64,000 bases of DNA from assembly GCF_000150275.1 (NCBI RefSeq), contig NW_002060948.1, forward strand, positions 3,547,183-3,611,182, in the 5' to 3' direction. This DNA comes from Trichoplax adhaerens. Taxonomy: Eukaryota > Animalia > Placozoa. Of this stretch, positions 14,262 through 29,030 are shown one piece after another; position 1 is the stretch's first letter, and each line of letters begins with the position of its first letter. The notes beneath the pieces are model-generated. The model searched no databases. It had not been told where the DNA came from and worked only from the letters and a program-made list of their open reading frames with translations. A program made the position numbers and the translations under genes.

Positions 14262-17200
14262 TTAATGAATTGGCGATCATCAATATCGTATCCTTTAAGT
14301 TTATTCTTTCCTGAATTAGATAATTTAAAGACTAAACTTAGCATTTTTGTTGTTCAATTTTTCGCGATAATAGTTCCTTTTAATCACATATTTGAAATGC
14401 AAAAAGGTATACGTAGATGCCATCCAATTTCAAAATTTTTTTGCTCTATCATTAGCTGTATCTTACTAAATTATGATCATTGTATGCATTTCAATTGCCT
14501 ATCAAATCATTAGGTTAACCAGTCTATATGATTAGGTTAAGAATTGGCAAATGTCCACTGTTTCTTTCTGCCTTTAAAAACTGTTCATCATTTTCATGAT
14601 GTCAGTATTACGACATCTGTTAAATTGACTATCCTTCTACGTAGTCTCGTAAAGCTTAGCCAAATATGAATAAGGACACTAAATATTGATGAAATTCTTA
14701 ATGAACTTTTTAAATCTTTAATTGGACCATATTATATGGTGTCAAATTTATCAATTCTTTCTCCTGGATGAAATCGAAATATCCTTAATGTAATATAGAA
14801 TCCTTCTCCCGTATGCCTGTTATTATTACTGCAATTCAGTGATTATTTATGATGTTAATGATATTGATTTTATCCCTTGCCTTATACCTAATTAATGGTC
14901 ACCCTTTTTCCCAGAAAATTTACGCAACTCAATTCATCTGGATCCTTTTGTTGTAAAAAAATGATTTTATCTATCGATATGGCAAGATTATATATTAGTT
15001 AAACCACTTTGACAATATCTCCATCTTAATTTTAAGTACTTTTCCTATGCAAATCCGTTAACTAATAATTGATTAAATTATGATGATTTGATTTCTTTCT
15101 CATTTTAACTATATACCATCTGATATCTAATAAAAAAGTGTTACAGCATATTTCTGGTCTCAAATTAATAATTTCTTATCGGTCTCTCAAAGAATTCTTC
15201 ATGTTGCCTTTCATACTGTAACAATCTTAGAACTAAAGTCGAGACTTTTCAGTTTTGGTAGTTGCTATTAATTAGTAATGTATAATAGAATTTTTATTAT
15301 AATGAGCTTACGCCATAATTTTATGATTGTTATTCCTGCCTTAGTAAGTTAATTTTTTCGTCTTTATCCGATTGAACGGATATTCTCTTCGGCAATACCA
15401 TATTATCCCGCTATAGTAATTTTCAAACTGGTTTCCCAACACAAGTATAGGAAAATCCTCTAGATTTGCCATAAGTAGGAGTAGTAACGCAAATAATCGC
15501 TTCGACTTCCAACCCTAAAATTGCGATATATTACTACCTATCGTGCATCTACCGGTCAAAGCTCATAAGTACTATTAGCATACGGTATTCATTTGTCTTA
15601 GAAGTACATAGATAAATGCGCATTATTTTAACGTACCATATACAAACAATCTTTGTTCTGATCTAGTAATTTGTGAAGTAGTACAAGTATCTACGATTTT
15701 ACGGTTATTTCTTATCTCCTTTTTACTGGTACTATAAAAGCAATACAGTAAATAAAAATAGATAAATTAAAAGGAAATTTATCGATGACTTTCAAAAAGG
15801 ATTAAAGTATAGCTATGAGGACGTCAGTTGCATTTATTGTGTCTAGTTTCGAAGTGAATTGAGCTAACATTTTATAACTATTTATAATAAAATTAATATA
15901 CTCAGTTATTAGCTAGGCCACTTGGCAAATTCAAGAGCCCACAATAAAACAAGAGAATAAGTGGGAGATGTGAAAATGCTAAAAGAACCATAGCAACAGG
16001 GGGACAATTTGATTCGTTTTGGATTGGCGCGGTGCATGAATGCGATAATTCCGCGAAAGAATAAAAAGGTATCTTAGCATAAAGCTATACTACAGTAGTA
16101 TTCGTATACTGATATCCATCGCTATATTCTCAAATATTTCATTTAGAAAGGCTTTATCTGTCATATACTCTGTAATAGTATACCAGTGGAGTTATGCTGG
16201 GAGCAAAGGGCTTTGAAGTATAGAATAATGCGTATAATAAAGGTGGGAAATATAGTAATCATTAATATATAAGTACCTCATGTTATCATTTCTATTAAAA
16301 GTACAACAATAAATATGAATTGTGTCTATCAAATCATCTAAACTGTGCCTGCCAAAGTAAGATGATGTTGCAATTTCAAGCTGTTGATGTTTTTAATACA
16401 ACCCTTTGACATGCATAGTGGAAGAAATCTGAAGAACTACGATAACCACTTAAAACGCGATATTAAAAATAATATTATACCAACTTTTTGCTTAAAGTAA
16501 TAAGTGGAATTGGGTAATAATCAGATAAGATTACGTTAATTCAAACAATTTTCACCTTTTCTTTATTCCATCATGGATAGAATTGAATTAGAGTGATATA
16601 GTCTAAAAATTGGATATATAATAAAATAAATAATGATGCTCATCTTCCATTTCAATGATTTTAATTATTAATCCGGCTAGCGGTAGCATTTCGTTCATCT
16701 GCTTTCAGATATCTATTCGCTGCTATAAAGATACGCATACATATTAATATTGTCATAAATTAATATTTAAAAGAAATTATGCAAACAAAGCTATTTAACC
16801 TTAAATAGATAATTTTGTAGTTATAAAACCTTTATTTCATTAGGTACGACAATCTGCATATATAGTAGTGGAAGTGAAAGTTTAAGGAGTCACTGCAAGA
16901 GAGTTACAATGACATCAGAGCATTACATTATGACACAGATGATTGAAATAAATTCAATAATAAAAAAGCCAGATGTATTATATCGCATTTGATATTTGCC
17001 GTTGTAATACAATCGATATTAGAATTATAAAGAAGCCTAGCGCGATTATTGAAATAACATTAATCGACGGCAAGCTAACGAGAAAATTTTATTTTATCCA
17101 ATTGCCAAGTTTAATAGGTAAATGATTCACAGTTTAAGGCTTGTTTATAAGATAAATTATAATTGGAATTAAACTTGGTCTATAACTCTAAAAATTATGA

Positions 17201-20200
17201 TTCAGTATCGCGATTTATTCTATAACCTCAAATTTTGATTACTATACGTACAATTATACTAGTATTATTGTTAACTTAGAAATACCTTTCTATTTTCTAT
17301 CCCTTTTTATGCTTTATCGATATGACTACATATCTTAAATTTCCCTTTTATTTAATTAGAGCTGAATAGTTAATTAAAAGGGGAATTATAATGATTTATT
17401 GAACTAGCCGATAATAATGAATTTTATATTTCTGGCGTTGAATTCCTTGTTCGTTATTCCTTAGCTTTACTTCCTAGTGTGTACGCAGATATATGTCTAC
17501 GTTATCATTCTAACGTATTGATGATAATGTAGTGCTTGATACAAAGAGTTGCATGAGATATTATAGTATAACCTTAACATAACTTTAAGTAGGCAGAGAA
17601 TGTGTAAATGAAGGCAAAGAAAGGCGGTCAATACCTGTAGAATTAGGACCATTATTTGTTTCTATCAATACGAGCAGTTGGTGTTTTTTTCACAAAGCAC
17701 TATCGCCTATGCATTACTTTTAAATTAAAGTAAAAAAAGAACAATATTATCTTTAAATTAATTCTATTCTTAGAAATGAGCAGAAAAAATTTGAAGTGGT
17801 TCTGTATTGTTCATAAACTGCTAATAATCGTCTTAAACCCAAATTATTCTAGAAATATACACTAGTAGAATTTTGAATAGACGGGTAAAATGAATCACAT
17901 TCTGTCCTAACAGCGAATTGCCTTACAAAAAATTTTGTTTTTATTAATAATTAATCAACCATTCATACGTCTCTTTACTTTTTACAGGAAATTTTCGGCC
18001 AAAATAAATAGAACTATTATGACGCAATTTTTTTATTAATTGCTCTAAAGATTATAAAACAATTAGAGTTGGTTCAGTAAGGATTATAATGTGCCAGGAA
18101 ATAAAAATTTTAAGTGGTAAATGCACACATTCCATATTATAGTGCTTAAATTGTATGTAGAGGTCTACATAAGATCAATTAGGTCTATTGGTTGAAAATG
18201 GTAAGTAGATATGGCATTTCTAATTTTCTTTTTTAATCAATCATTCCATATTCTACCACCTTATACGAATAGAGGATTGTAATCATTTGAGAATACTAAA
18301 GCCGTTTTATGAAAAGCTACTTTAATTTAAATATGGGCTAAATCTAATGTTTACGTAGTATTCAGTATTTTTCTCAACAAGGACGATTTCTTGTTTTCAA
18401 TTGCAATTGTTATGGTATTGTCTTCGGTATCCATTGGAACGTCAATTTTCTTTCATTTCTAAAAGCTTTCTTCTTTCTTTAGTCATTTCATTTCTAATGT
18501 TATTTTAACTACGTTATTAGTCATTAAATACTCAGCATGTATAAATCTACCGACGAGTGTCTAAATAAAAAAATATAGAGAGAATAATATTTGTTATGGA
18601 ACAGAAATAATAATGCCCGTCTTTTATTGTTAATTATTTCAAGAACAACGAGTAATGAAAGATATTATAGTTGGCATGGTCTCAATGCTTTTAACAGGAT
18701 ATCTATACTAGTTTTTGGACGAAGTAATTGATTTGGGAAGGATGATACTATTATAGTTGCAGTAGTTTCACTCAAGCTTAACGAATTTATTGAGACACAC
18801 CCTTAGAATATAGCTCTATTGCTTCAAGCTTATTAATATCGCTAGATAGATGTTGTAATTTAAAAGCTGAATTTCCAGTAAATAGTATTCCAGTAAAATG
18901 TACATTGTAAATACTATTAACCTCTTGTCTATTCGAGATTAATAGCCTAGGAATTAATTAAAGTTTTGCTGCCTGGACAAAGGCCTATATTTGAAGAGAT
19001 CTTATATTAATATAACATTACATTAATATACTGTATATTAATTTATAATCAATCTAGAAATATATAGTAGTATGATTTACTTAGAGATATTAATGCACCA
19101 GCTGACAAGGAATGTCTTAAGAGTGCACAAATAATTATAATCAACATCATACCTTAAAATTGACTCGTAATTCATTGATATGCATACTATCGAGCTTTAA
19201 TAAGATTAATGTCACGCCATTTATGTTTACGATAAGCTTGGATGATGTTACTGAAGGCAATTTACCATTACAAGAATTACTAAATGAGTACATCTTATCT
19301 GAAGATAAAATGTGATTTAATATCTTACTACTGAGCTAACTATACCTGTACCATCATCTTTCAGCTTTTCATCTGTTGCATCTTCACATATAATCCCTGG
19401 ATGCTGAATCGTTCTAACAAACTGGAATACCTTCTCTTATAGTATTTAAATTTTAAAATGCCTATTACTAGTGAATAATATCTATTGTAGATATAGTATA
19501 TACTTGTATGAGATGTATTCGTTTATCGAACATACGCTCTAATTGGATTGCAAATTAGTTCACAGAATCTACTGATATCGCAAGATCGATAATGCAATAG
19601 TTCACCAATATAGTGTATGTATCGTGATCGATATTGTTATCCTAAAGACTATTCTAAATCTATTGATAGAGAAGGTAGTAGATACTCTAGACTATCTGAC
19701 GCATTCGCAAAACTGATTCGATCATAAAGTTTTCTATTATGTTATCACGGCATCAACGCGCAATGACGCAATGTAATAAAATGTCAGAAAAACTGTATAC
19801 AGATGTTACAGCTTATATCTCTTACTAAAACAGCTATTCTTGCTTTCCCTATTTAAAGAACAATTAAAGCGATATTAAATTTATACGAACCTATAAAATG
19901 AAAAGTCTTAATAGTTTAGATTAGAGAAAAGCCAGCATTAGCAAAAAAAACTTTCGCGCATTAATTAACCATATCTTGTTTTATATTACATCACTTTCCT
20001 GTTATATAGTCTATTAAGATTAATATGCATCGTAGAAAATGCAATTAACAACATTCGAATCATCACCGAGGACATCATTTTAAAATATACTGGTAGAAAC
20101 ATACGATGAATTTTAGAAATTCTTCACATTAATCATGACACACAATAGATGAGTCTTTATACGCCTACACATAGCATAATGTAAAACTGCCATGTTGAAT

Positions 20201-23200
20201 TACGGCTATGTCTCAATTTATTGGCTTATGTCAATTTAAATTCGAAGTTGAAATTTGTATAGCATTTGGGCAATTTTATGTTACTGTAGGATGATACTAC
20301 CGTATTAAATTATATGAATTTTAATGATATCATTATTCGACGACACCGAAATTGAACACTGTATCCTAAAATACAACATTTATGGACAATGTCTGAAAGA
20401 GCGTTTGATGCTTGGCATCCTACAAGGTTCAGCTATCATTTATCCCAGTCGATATTTTTGTTTTTACGATATTATTTTTGTGTAGTTCAACAAAATATTT
20501 AGTAATTTGTTAACAAGGTGTTCAAGTACAGTTGCGGATATTAGAATTATGATTAGAGAATATTGACGAGCAGAGGATAAGATAAAATCAGTGTTCAGTC
20601 AAGGTAACCTTGATACTTTTAAATGAATATGGAGAAAATATGGCCGTGCCTAATTAGTAAATACAGTATATGAAATGCAATTGATATTGGTTTATCACTT
20701 GACATTAGGGCTGTATCATACTTAAGCCAATTATCCCATCTATGAAAAAGGATAACACGACCTGGCATGATAAATAGTGATTTTCCAGATAGTTATTGTA
20801 CTATAGTCATAGGCGCATGAATCACTGATTTTATTCGACATAGTATGGGAGAGATTCCATTAGCATATTCGTCTAGAAGTAAAATTATTCTCTTCCATTC
20901 TACTCCATCATACTAAATGTATTGTTTTGAGCGACAGCTGGTCTAATTACTAACGTCATTAGTCTCATAGAACAGATGACAATAAAAGCGATATTGCCTA
21001 GACAAACTTGACTTCTTTCTATGACTGGAAAAATATATTTAAATGCGATCTATTAACAGCCTCGGGAATCACTAGGATTATTCCCAATAGAATTTTACTT
21101 TATCAGCCTACTATACATTAAAGTCATCTCATACAGTTAATTCCTAGAAATGGTTTAATTTCCCTCCAATTGCAGGCGATATTGTAAATAGGTCTGTTAT
21201 TACAACATAAGGGCTAAGAGAAATCTCAACTATGTGTCATCTTCTCTTTCGACAGTCAGCTATTATGATTTTTACGTGATCGAAATCGATGTAACTTTCA
21301 TTTCGCTGGTAGATGACATTAGATATGACATTCTTTTCAAATCCATTTCGCCGCATTAGCTATGTATGTAGATAGTAGATTCTTGCCTGAGTCAATCGAT
21401 TAAGTCAGAAATCAATATCAACATTGAAAGGGATTTAATTTAAACTAAGCCTTACCATGTGCACAGATTGAGCGATACATTTTGATTGCTTTAAGGCGCA
21501 ATAATTATCATCACAATCATAAATGTATTTCTTCATTAAATTAATCTAATTTATAATACGATGTACCTTAGTATTAATAAATAAGGCAGTCTTAACAATA
21601 CTGGCCATTATTAATAACAAAATTCCTTTACATTAAGAATACCATTACAATTTATGACAGATGTTTACGTCCTTGAAGTTACTTTACCGGCGTAGAATGT
21701 TGATTATCAGTCAGACGGAAGCGTGGTAAAAAAAATGTAGGAAGTTTCTTCTTCATTGATTAATGATTGCAGCCGACGCACAGTGCACATGACAAGTCAT
21801 TCTTGGTAGAAAATCAGTGTAGCACCTGTTAAATTAAGTTATTCATTTTAAAAAAAGGTTAGCATTGTAGCTGACCTTTCGCCACTTTCAATTCAATGCG
21901 TACTATTTTATGATCAACTTTTTTCAATAGCAATCCAGATTTTAATGACTCCTTTTCCCTCAGTAGAAATTTACATTATAGCTACAACTGAAGTTTTTCA
22001 GTCCATTAAATGAATTTTCCTTGCTTCAATTAATGGCATGTGATCAAGTCGTTATATGCCCTTGCACTATATTAACCTTTATCGACCGTTCTAAATACTG
22101 ATTTAGCATTCATCTTATCTAGGCGTAAAAACAATTTTTCTCCACCACTTTGTATGATAGAATTTTAAAAAGTATTGTAAGATATACTATTTTAGTGTGA
22201 AATCATTCAAATAACGGAACAATTTTTATTGTGACCTTGACATGATAATGACCCTTATATTAATATAATTTAAATGACTAGTTAGGGATCATAAAATTGG
22301 CTACCATTGTCCTTCCTAATTTACGGAGAAGCGCATTATCGATTATGAGAATGCCATTGCTCTCATTATATCTTTACTACTTCAATGAGCATCAAACATT
22401 CAATGTGAGACCATTGAAATTTTCTAGATGTAAAGCGCGGAGATTCAATATTCTACTGCAAGATATAACAAATATCTATATGAAAAGTATTCGATACTGC
22501 AGCATTTGCTGTATCCTTACTACGGTAGATACTCAAATATGACTAAACTCATTTCTCCGCGAATAATAAGAACTGGCAACATCAAGTTAGACGTTAATGG
22601 AAATTTTACAACGAAGGAAAATACAATCCATCTAATTTGTTATGCTCGACTAAAGATATTTTTGCATTAGACAGGTTCTCTATTTTAGTTTCCGTACACT
22701 TAATCCACATACGGGAACCAAGTAGCAATATCACATGGATCACTCAGAATCACGACAGTAATCTATTCAATTTACTGTGTGATATAGAAATTTCAAAAGC
22801 AGTTATTTCATTTGCATTCGCTACAGCGATATTATAACATTTCAACTGCAGTTTGGATCAATCGAAAGTAAGATTAAATGTTACACTTATTTCAGTTAGG
22901 CGGCATAGCTACTTGGTACACTTACGCGGTAAAATTGCGGATTTACAAACTGCTTAACCTCGTTACCAATAGCAAACCCAATTGAATAAAGTCGTTAACA
23001 TTTTCCCCCATGACTACACGTCTATAAGAGTAGTATTATTAGTTTATGATTGATATCGTTCTATAATAACTATAATTGGCTCTGTAGCCATTTTTAACAA
23101 TGAATTCCTTCAATTGTTAATTAATACAATTCACATCCATAAGTTAGGTCGCGGATTTAAATTGTAAACAGTTACTCTAGATCATTGTCAGGATCGTAGC

Positions 23201-25004
23201 AATTCACGTACTAGTTTGCACTTGATAATTTTCAAACGACTAAAGCATTGATCGATTTGATTTTTATTATGCCTATTAGCAATAACGGAACAAGATTATT
23301 CGAATTATACACAAGGGCCCTATGTCTTTAGCCGGTATTATTTTAGCCCACGTTGTACAGTGTACAAGTCCGAATATTGCCTCGAGCCTTAGTTACGGCA
23401 CAGTACTGTTGCAAAATTTATTAGCCCATGTCTAAGATGTCAAAAGACTATTCTGGCTTAGTAACCTTATTGAATATGAAATTTCTATAATGGAATGTTG
23501 ACCAAATTATTCGGGCGCCCTTATACAAATTCAAGTAGTTATAAAGTAGTCAATTCTGCATTCAATCTGGAGTACTAAGTAACCCGGAACATTTTATTAG
23601 TTTTAGTAGTCCGTGGATTGGCCTATGCGCCATTTCATCGAGCTCTGTCGGCGATTCAGCGGGGTAGAGGAAATTATGGTTCATGCCTTGAAGGCTAACT
23701 GTATCAATCTTGGTGATTCTGCCTCAAATTTATTCGCTCTTCTCATACGCATCAAAGTGTCCATAAAGCATCTATTTCTGTATTGAATTTTCTACTACTA
23801 CACTTCTAAGTACGACCGCCATATTATTTCGTAATTCACTGTGCTCACTTAGCGTTCCAAGGTGTCTATGCGTACAATAGCGGGTTATGCTGGACGACTG
23901 ATTGCGATCGCCTTACAGTCAATTCGGTATTTAAGTCACACTACTAGTCCAATCATCATAATTAGAAATAAGGGAATCTACAAGTCCTTGCCTTCGAGGT
24001 TCTACTATCGATATGGATGTCGGTAAACGAGTAGAATGCTAGAAAAATTAGTTTCCTCGTTTACAAATTAACTGAAGCATCGGTGTAAGCAGTTATTCCT
24101 TCCCTATACAGTAATTGGTGATTGTCCATATTTTTAATCCTCTATGAGTGCAATCTTCTATGGGCTGCTCTAATTTTTACCACGGTAAAAATTGAAGTAA
24201 TTTATGAATCCATCGGTTATATTTGATATTTTACCTTGCTCGCTCAGTGATTTTTGATACTATTTCGTGCTGCGCCAGCGGTCCAAGCATACTGTACAGT
24301 ACTGTAGATCTCCCTATTGAGACGAGCTTGAGCTTGTATTACTAAAACAGTAAGCAGGATCGGTGTATCTGATATTTTACTGGCTATATTACTAAGATCC
24401 GACAGGGATCCAGAGGAGTCTGTAGATCAATATTTATGATCAAGTATTGCATCAGCAAACGTATGATTTAGCTTTTAACAGCAGGAACTATTGTATTTCG
24501 GTCTAGAATCTTCTACTGCGCTGCTACGAATACGGTCACCGTCGTTAATAGATTACTGTTGTGCATGAGGTTATGTTCTCTCCGGCGACAGGAGGTCAAT
24601 CACGCAATACTAGGTATTACCAGTCTATCATAGAGTAGATTTTCAGAAATGGTGGTGGCTAAAATGTGATAATATGCCAACTCGACAGTGCATGCCTTCC
24701 AGGCAGCTTGATCGGTTTTTGCCTCATCATCGGGTCTTTGATTGTGATCGCGTATTGCATCAGCCTTGACTGTTACATAATGCATTGTACAGTACTGTAC
24801 AATGAATGAAGCAGCCGCGATCCTATTTCTCTCCTGAGCTTCTGTTGTACTACTCCAGTTTTAAAGTAAGACCATTATTAATTAATCAATCTACAGTAGT
24901 GTAGCACTAGTAGTGTGGAGAAGATATCCATTTTTAGAAATGGACGTAGCAAATGTCCTTTCTTGCCGGCAGCTGGATAGGGATTTCGCTTGATTTTTTT
25001 GGCT

Positions 25005-25245
25005 TCAGTACAGTACAGAATAGGGGTACAATGTACTGTAGTTGCGGTGCTGTACACTGTACACTGTACAGTATCGTACTGTAGTGCGGTATTATATCAG
25101 CTTTCAGTCCAGTACTGTACTGGGCCGGGCTGGACCGGGCCGGACTGGACTGGACTGGAACGACATACCGTATCGAGGTAATGACGCAGAAGGGAGCGTG
25201 GCGCATGCGTATTGATAACGCACGTGAGTTTAAAAATGGCAGGAC
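25005..25245 (+). promoter_or_regulatory. Putative ATAD3 promoter: CNG pentamer array, NRF1-like GCGCATGCG (25201-25209), E-box CACGTG (25221-25226), YY1-like AAAATGGC (25233-25240)
   Basis: GC-enriched island about 260-500 bp upstream of the ATG, with clustered motifs. Function is inferred. Confidence 0.55.
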
Positions 25246-25499
25246 TGTGCGCCCAGGGCAGCTGCGTTTTACTGAGAGTGGTTGCCGTATGGCTACTGCA
25301 CTGTTGTTACGGACATTGCACTAGAGGGGTTGGCAGAAATACTCCTCAAGCGTGACGTACCAAACCAATCCAATTCATTCCTCTACCTAGGTTCCATGAC
25401 GATTTGCAACCTGTCTGCAGAAGATAGCAGCCAATTTTTAGCTTTAATCTTTATTCTGTAAGCATTACCATTAGAAATTTTAAAAATTAAGCCAACGAC

Positions 25500-28400
25500 A
25501 TGTCTTGGATATTTGGAAGCAATCGTGGGCCTAATCAACCAGGCGGTGTACCAGTTGTTCCGGTGCCTTCTGGTGGTGGAGACGCTTCTGGAGGAGGTGA
25601 CAAAGATGGCTCGGGTGACAAAAAATGGAGTGGATTCGATCCTACTGGTTTAGAACGTGCTGCTAAAGCTGCTAGAGAATTGAATGCATCACGTAAGAAT
25701 TATTACTATTCATTATGGCTACTAGATTGCCAAGAGATAGATAGACTGTTATAGTACTTATTAGTCGTCTGTAATATCGAGTTGGAATTTTCATTCAAGT
25801 AGGTCATTCATCACATGTTTCTCTAATTTTATTACTGTATGTCAGCTTTCTTTTGCATAATAGCTTGAAAATATCGAGTAGTACTGTAATCGATAGCGTT
25901 TTACCAAGTTCAATTATACTAGGTACATAAACTCGTAATGATATAATGTGATGCTTCTTTAATAGCGCATGCCAAGAATGCTTTAGAATTGAGTCAAATG
26001 CAAGAGCAAACAAGGCAGTTAGAACAGCAAAGACACATTAAGGTCAGTTAACTCCTCATTGAATCTTTAAAGTTCCATTGTTTGAATTATATATGATTTA
26101 GGAGGTAAACAACGATGTAGTTATAAAACGACATGAGTATTACCTTGTACTGATATCATAATCATCATGGTGCAGGAACAAGAAGCTGCAATTCATCAAT
26201 TACAATCGGAAAGAGTACGTATTGAACAAGAAGAAAAGAGGAAAACTTTACAAACTGAAACACAACATCATCAGCAGGTTAATATTAGATAGATGTAAAA
26301 TTGTTTTCAGGGATATCACTTTACTACTCTCTATAAATTGTAGGAAACATTTATGCATGCTCTATAGATGTATCATACTGTAATATTTCTTGATATAGAG
26401 GGCACAATACAACGATCAATTAGCTCGGAAAAGATATGAAGACCAACTACAACAACAGGTAGATACGAGTATTTCAATAGGCTTGCAAAAGTGTTAAACT
26501 GCTATTTCCATTGATGCCCAACATCAATGCATTTCTCACGTAATACTGCTCTAGTAGTAAGAACTAGCTTATAAAATATTTTCGTAGAAACGTGTAACTG
26601 AAGAAAATTTAAGAAAACAAGAGGAGTCTGTTCAAAAACAAGAAGCCATGAGAAAAGGTTATTATTATATTACCTCACCTTTCTACAAAATTCTGTTACT
26701 CATTCAAGATTAATTCATTTCCTTAGCTACCATTGAGCACGAAGCTAAAGTACGGCATGAATACGACATGCAACGAATGCGGGCTGAAGTACGCGAGAAG
26801 TAAGCGTTGTATCATATGAGAATTATTTATTAATTAGTTATCAATGGCTAAATCAGCCTCAGAAGTAACTTGCGCCTATTTTGTTCGCGTGATGATATCA
26901 CATAGAGCTAAAACCGATAGGGAAAATCAAGATTTAACGTTAGAAAAAATAAGAGTAAAAGCCAAAGAACAACGTGATACAATATTGCAATCAATAAGGT
27001 AACACGAATTTAAATAAACATCCCTTACAAATGATAACCTGTTACAGTAGCCAGACTTTAATGATAAATGCTTTTACCTGTAGAACTGCATCAACAGTTC
27101 TTGGAGAAGGTGCTTCTGCTTTCATATCGGACTGGAATAAGATAACCGCCACTGTATGTAATATTAATTTGCGTTTGGTAATACTGTTTATTAAGTTTTT
27201 ACTTGTCGTAACTGGTAGGATAATATATCCATTCTTATGCAATTGACATACCAGCATATCTTACAGCATGTACCGTAGATCGTACACAGTATTTTCCGTT
27301 TAGACTATAATCATTTTTAAATTACTCGGTAATATACTAAATTAGGATGCTTTCTTGTTAGATTGGGGGACTTACTTTATTGGCCTTAGGTATTTACAGC
27401 GCTAAGCATGGTACTGGTGTAATTTCAAGGTATGCTCATTCTCATATGAGATGTGCTCCATCATTTCCAAAATAGATGATAAAAGTATAACATCTTATTA
27501 ATTTTCCAATCTTAGATTTATTGAAGCTAGACTTGGCAAGCCTTCTCTCGTCAGAGAAACTTCTCGTATGACTCTATTTGGTGGGATGCTTCGACACCCA
27601 ATACAGGTGCTTGCAATCGATTTTCTATGATATTTAATGAATTAACTAAAGCATATATAGAAAACTTATTTTTAACACTATCTGATTTGGACACTGATAG
27701 TATTACCGCCGAAGATTTACCAAGCCGGAAGACGCGCTAGAAGGTATTATCTTAAAGGTAAGATTTAGCTGGTGTATCTATTGACCTTTTTTAATGGATA
27801 GTTTTTAATGCTATAAAACGTTTATATATCTAGTCTACTCTAGAAAAACGTTTAAGAGATGTAGCAATTGCAACCCGAAATACCAGAAAAAATGGTGGAG
27901 TATACCGGAATTTATTAATGTATGGACCTCCTGGAACTGGAAAGACTTTATTTGCAAAGGTACAATGACGCTAGCATAGATAACGTTACTGGAATTTATT
28001 ATTTTAATTACTTATCTAACTAGCGAAACTTTGCGCTGGCAGAGTCTTGCTAAACATTCTGGGATGGATTATGCAATTATGACTGGTGGAGATGTTTTAC
28101 CTTTGGAAAATGAAGGCGTCAGTGCTATTCATAAAGTGTTCGATTGGGCTAAAACCAGTAGACGTGGGTAAATATGATTCTAGCGTTTATTGCTACAAAT
28201 ATACTTTAAAAATATAGGATATTTTATTTTCTGCAACTTTGGAAAATTTACTGAATGCTAATGTAACCAATCTTTGTTAGATTAATGTTGTTCATTGACG
28301 AAGCTGATGCTTTTCTTCGAAAACGTAACACTGAAACTATGAGCGAAAATCTTCGAAGCACATTAAATGCCTTCCTTTATCGTACAGGAGATCCATCAAA

Positions 28401-29030
28401 GAAGTAGGAATAGCTTTGATCTCAAGGCCGTATAATCGTCTAAGTAATTGTCTAATTGCTTTTATCCTTTTTTCCAGATTTATGTTGGTTCTTAGTAGCA
28501 ATCAACCAGATTTGTTCGATTTTGCCATAAATGATCGAATTGACGAAATGGTCAAGTTTCATTTACCGGATCAAGTGGAAAGAGAAAGGCTAATACGATA
28601 TTACTTTGATAAATATGTACTGCAAGCAGCGGAGAAAAGAGGAACAAGGTTTCTGATAAATTAAGATAACATATCAAATATTTGTAAAGATATTAATGCC
28701 TAATCTTATTTAAACTTATTATAGCCGCTTAAAAGTTGAATCGATGGACTTTAATAGTAAAGTGAAGGAAATAGCGAAAAAAACTGAGGGGCTATCTGGA
28801 CGTGAAATATCAAAGCTCGGTGTTGCATGGCAGGTTTGTAAAAAGTCGATAACAATTTAGTCAACCTTACAGTGCTAAAGTTCTTAACTGTATGTACACA
28901 TCAATTTTTATAGACAAGCGCGTTTGTAACTGATGATGGAGTATTAACAGAAGATGTTATTGATGCTCGTGTAAACGAAATGGTAGACCAACATAGGCAA
29001 AAGATTGAATGGAAAACGCAAATTGATTAA
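25500..29030 (+). CDS. ATAD3: ATPase family AAA domain-containing protein 3 (mitochondrial), multi-exon
   Basis: MSWIFG...[16 protein letters not shown], coiled-coil exons, [17 protein letters not shown], Walker [15 protein letters not shown], Walker [24 protein letters not shown]. Stop TAA at 29028-29030. Confidence 0.96.

Noticed and set aside
24934-25206. ORFs rich in YCTV/QYST/SSPA (also 33041-33254, 41006-41544, 58566-58994)
   Set aside because: These are translation artefacts of stop-poor pentamer arrays in promoter-like DNA.
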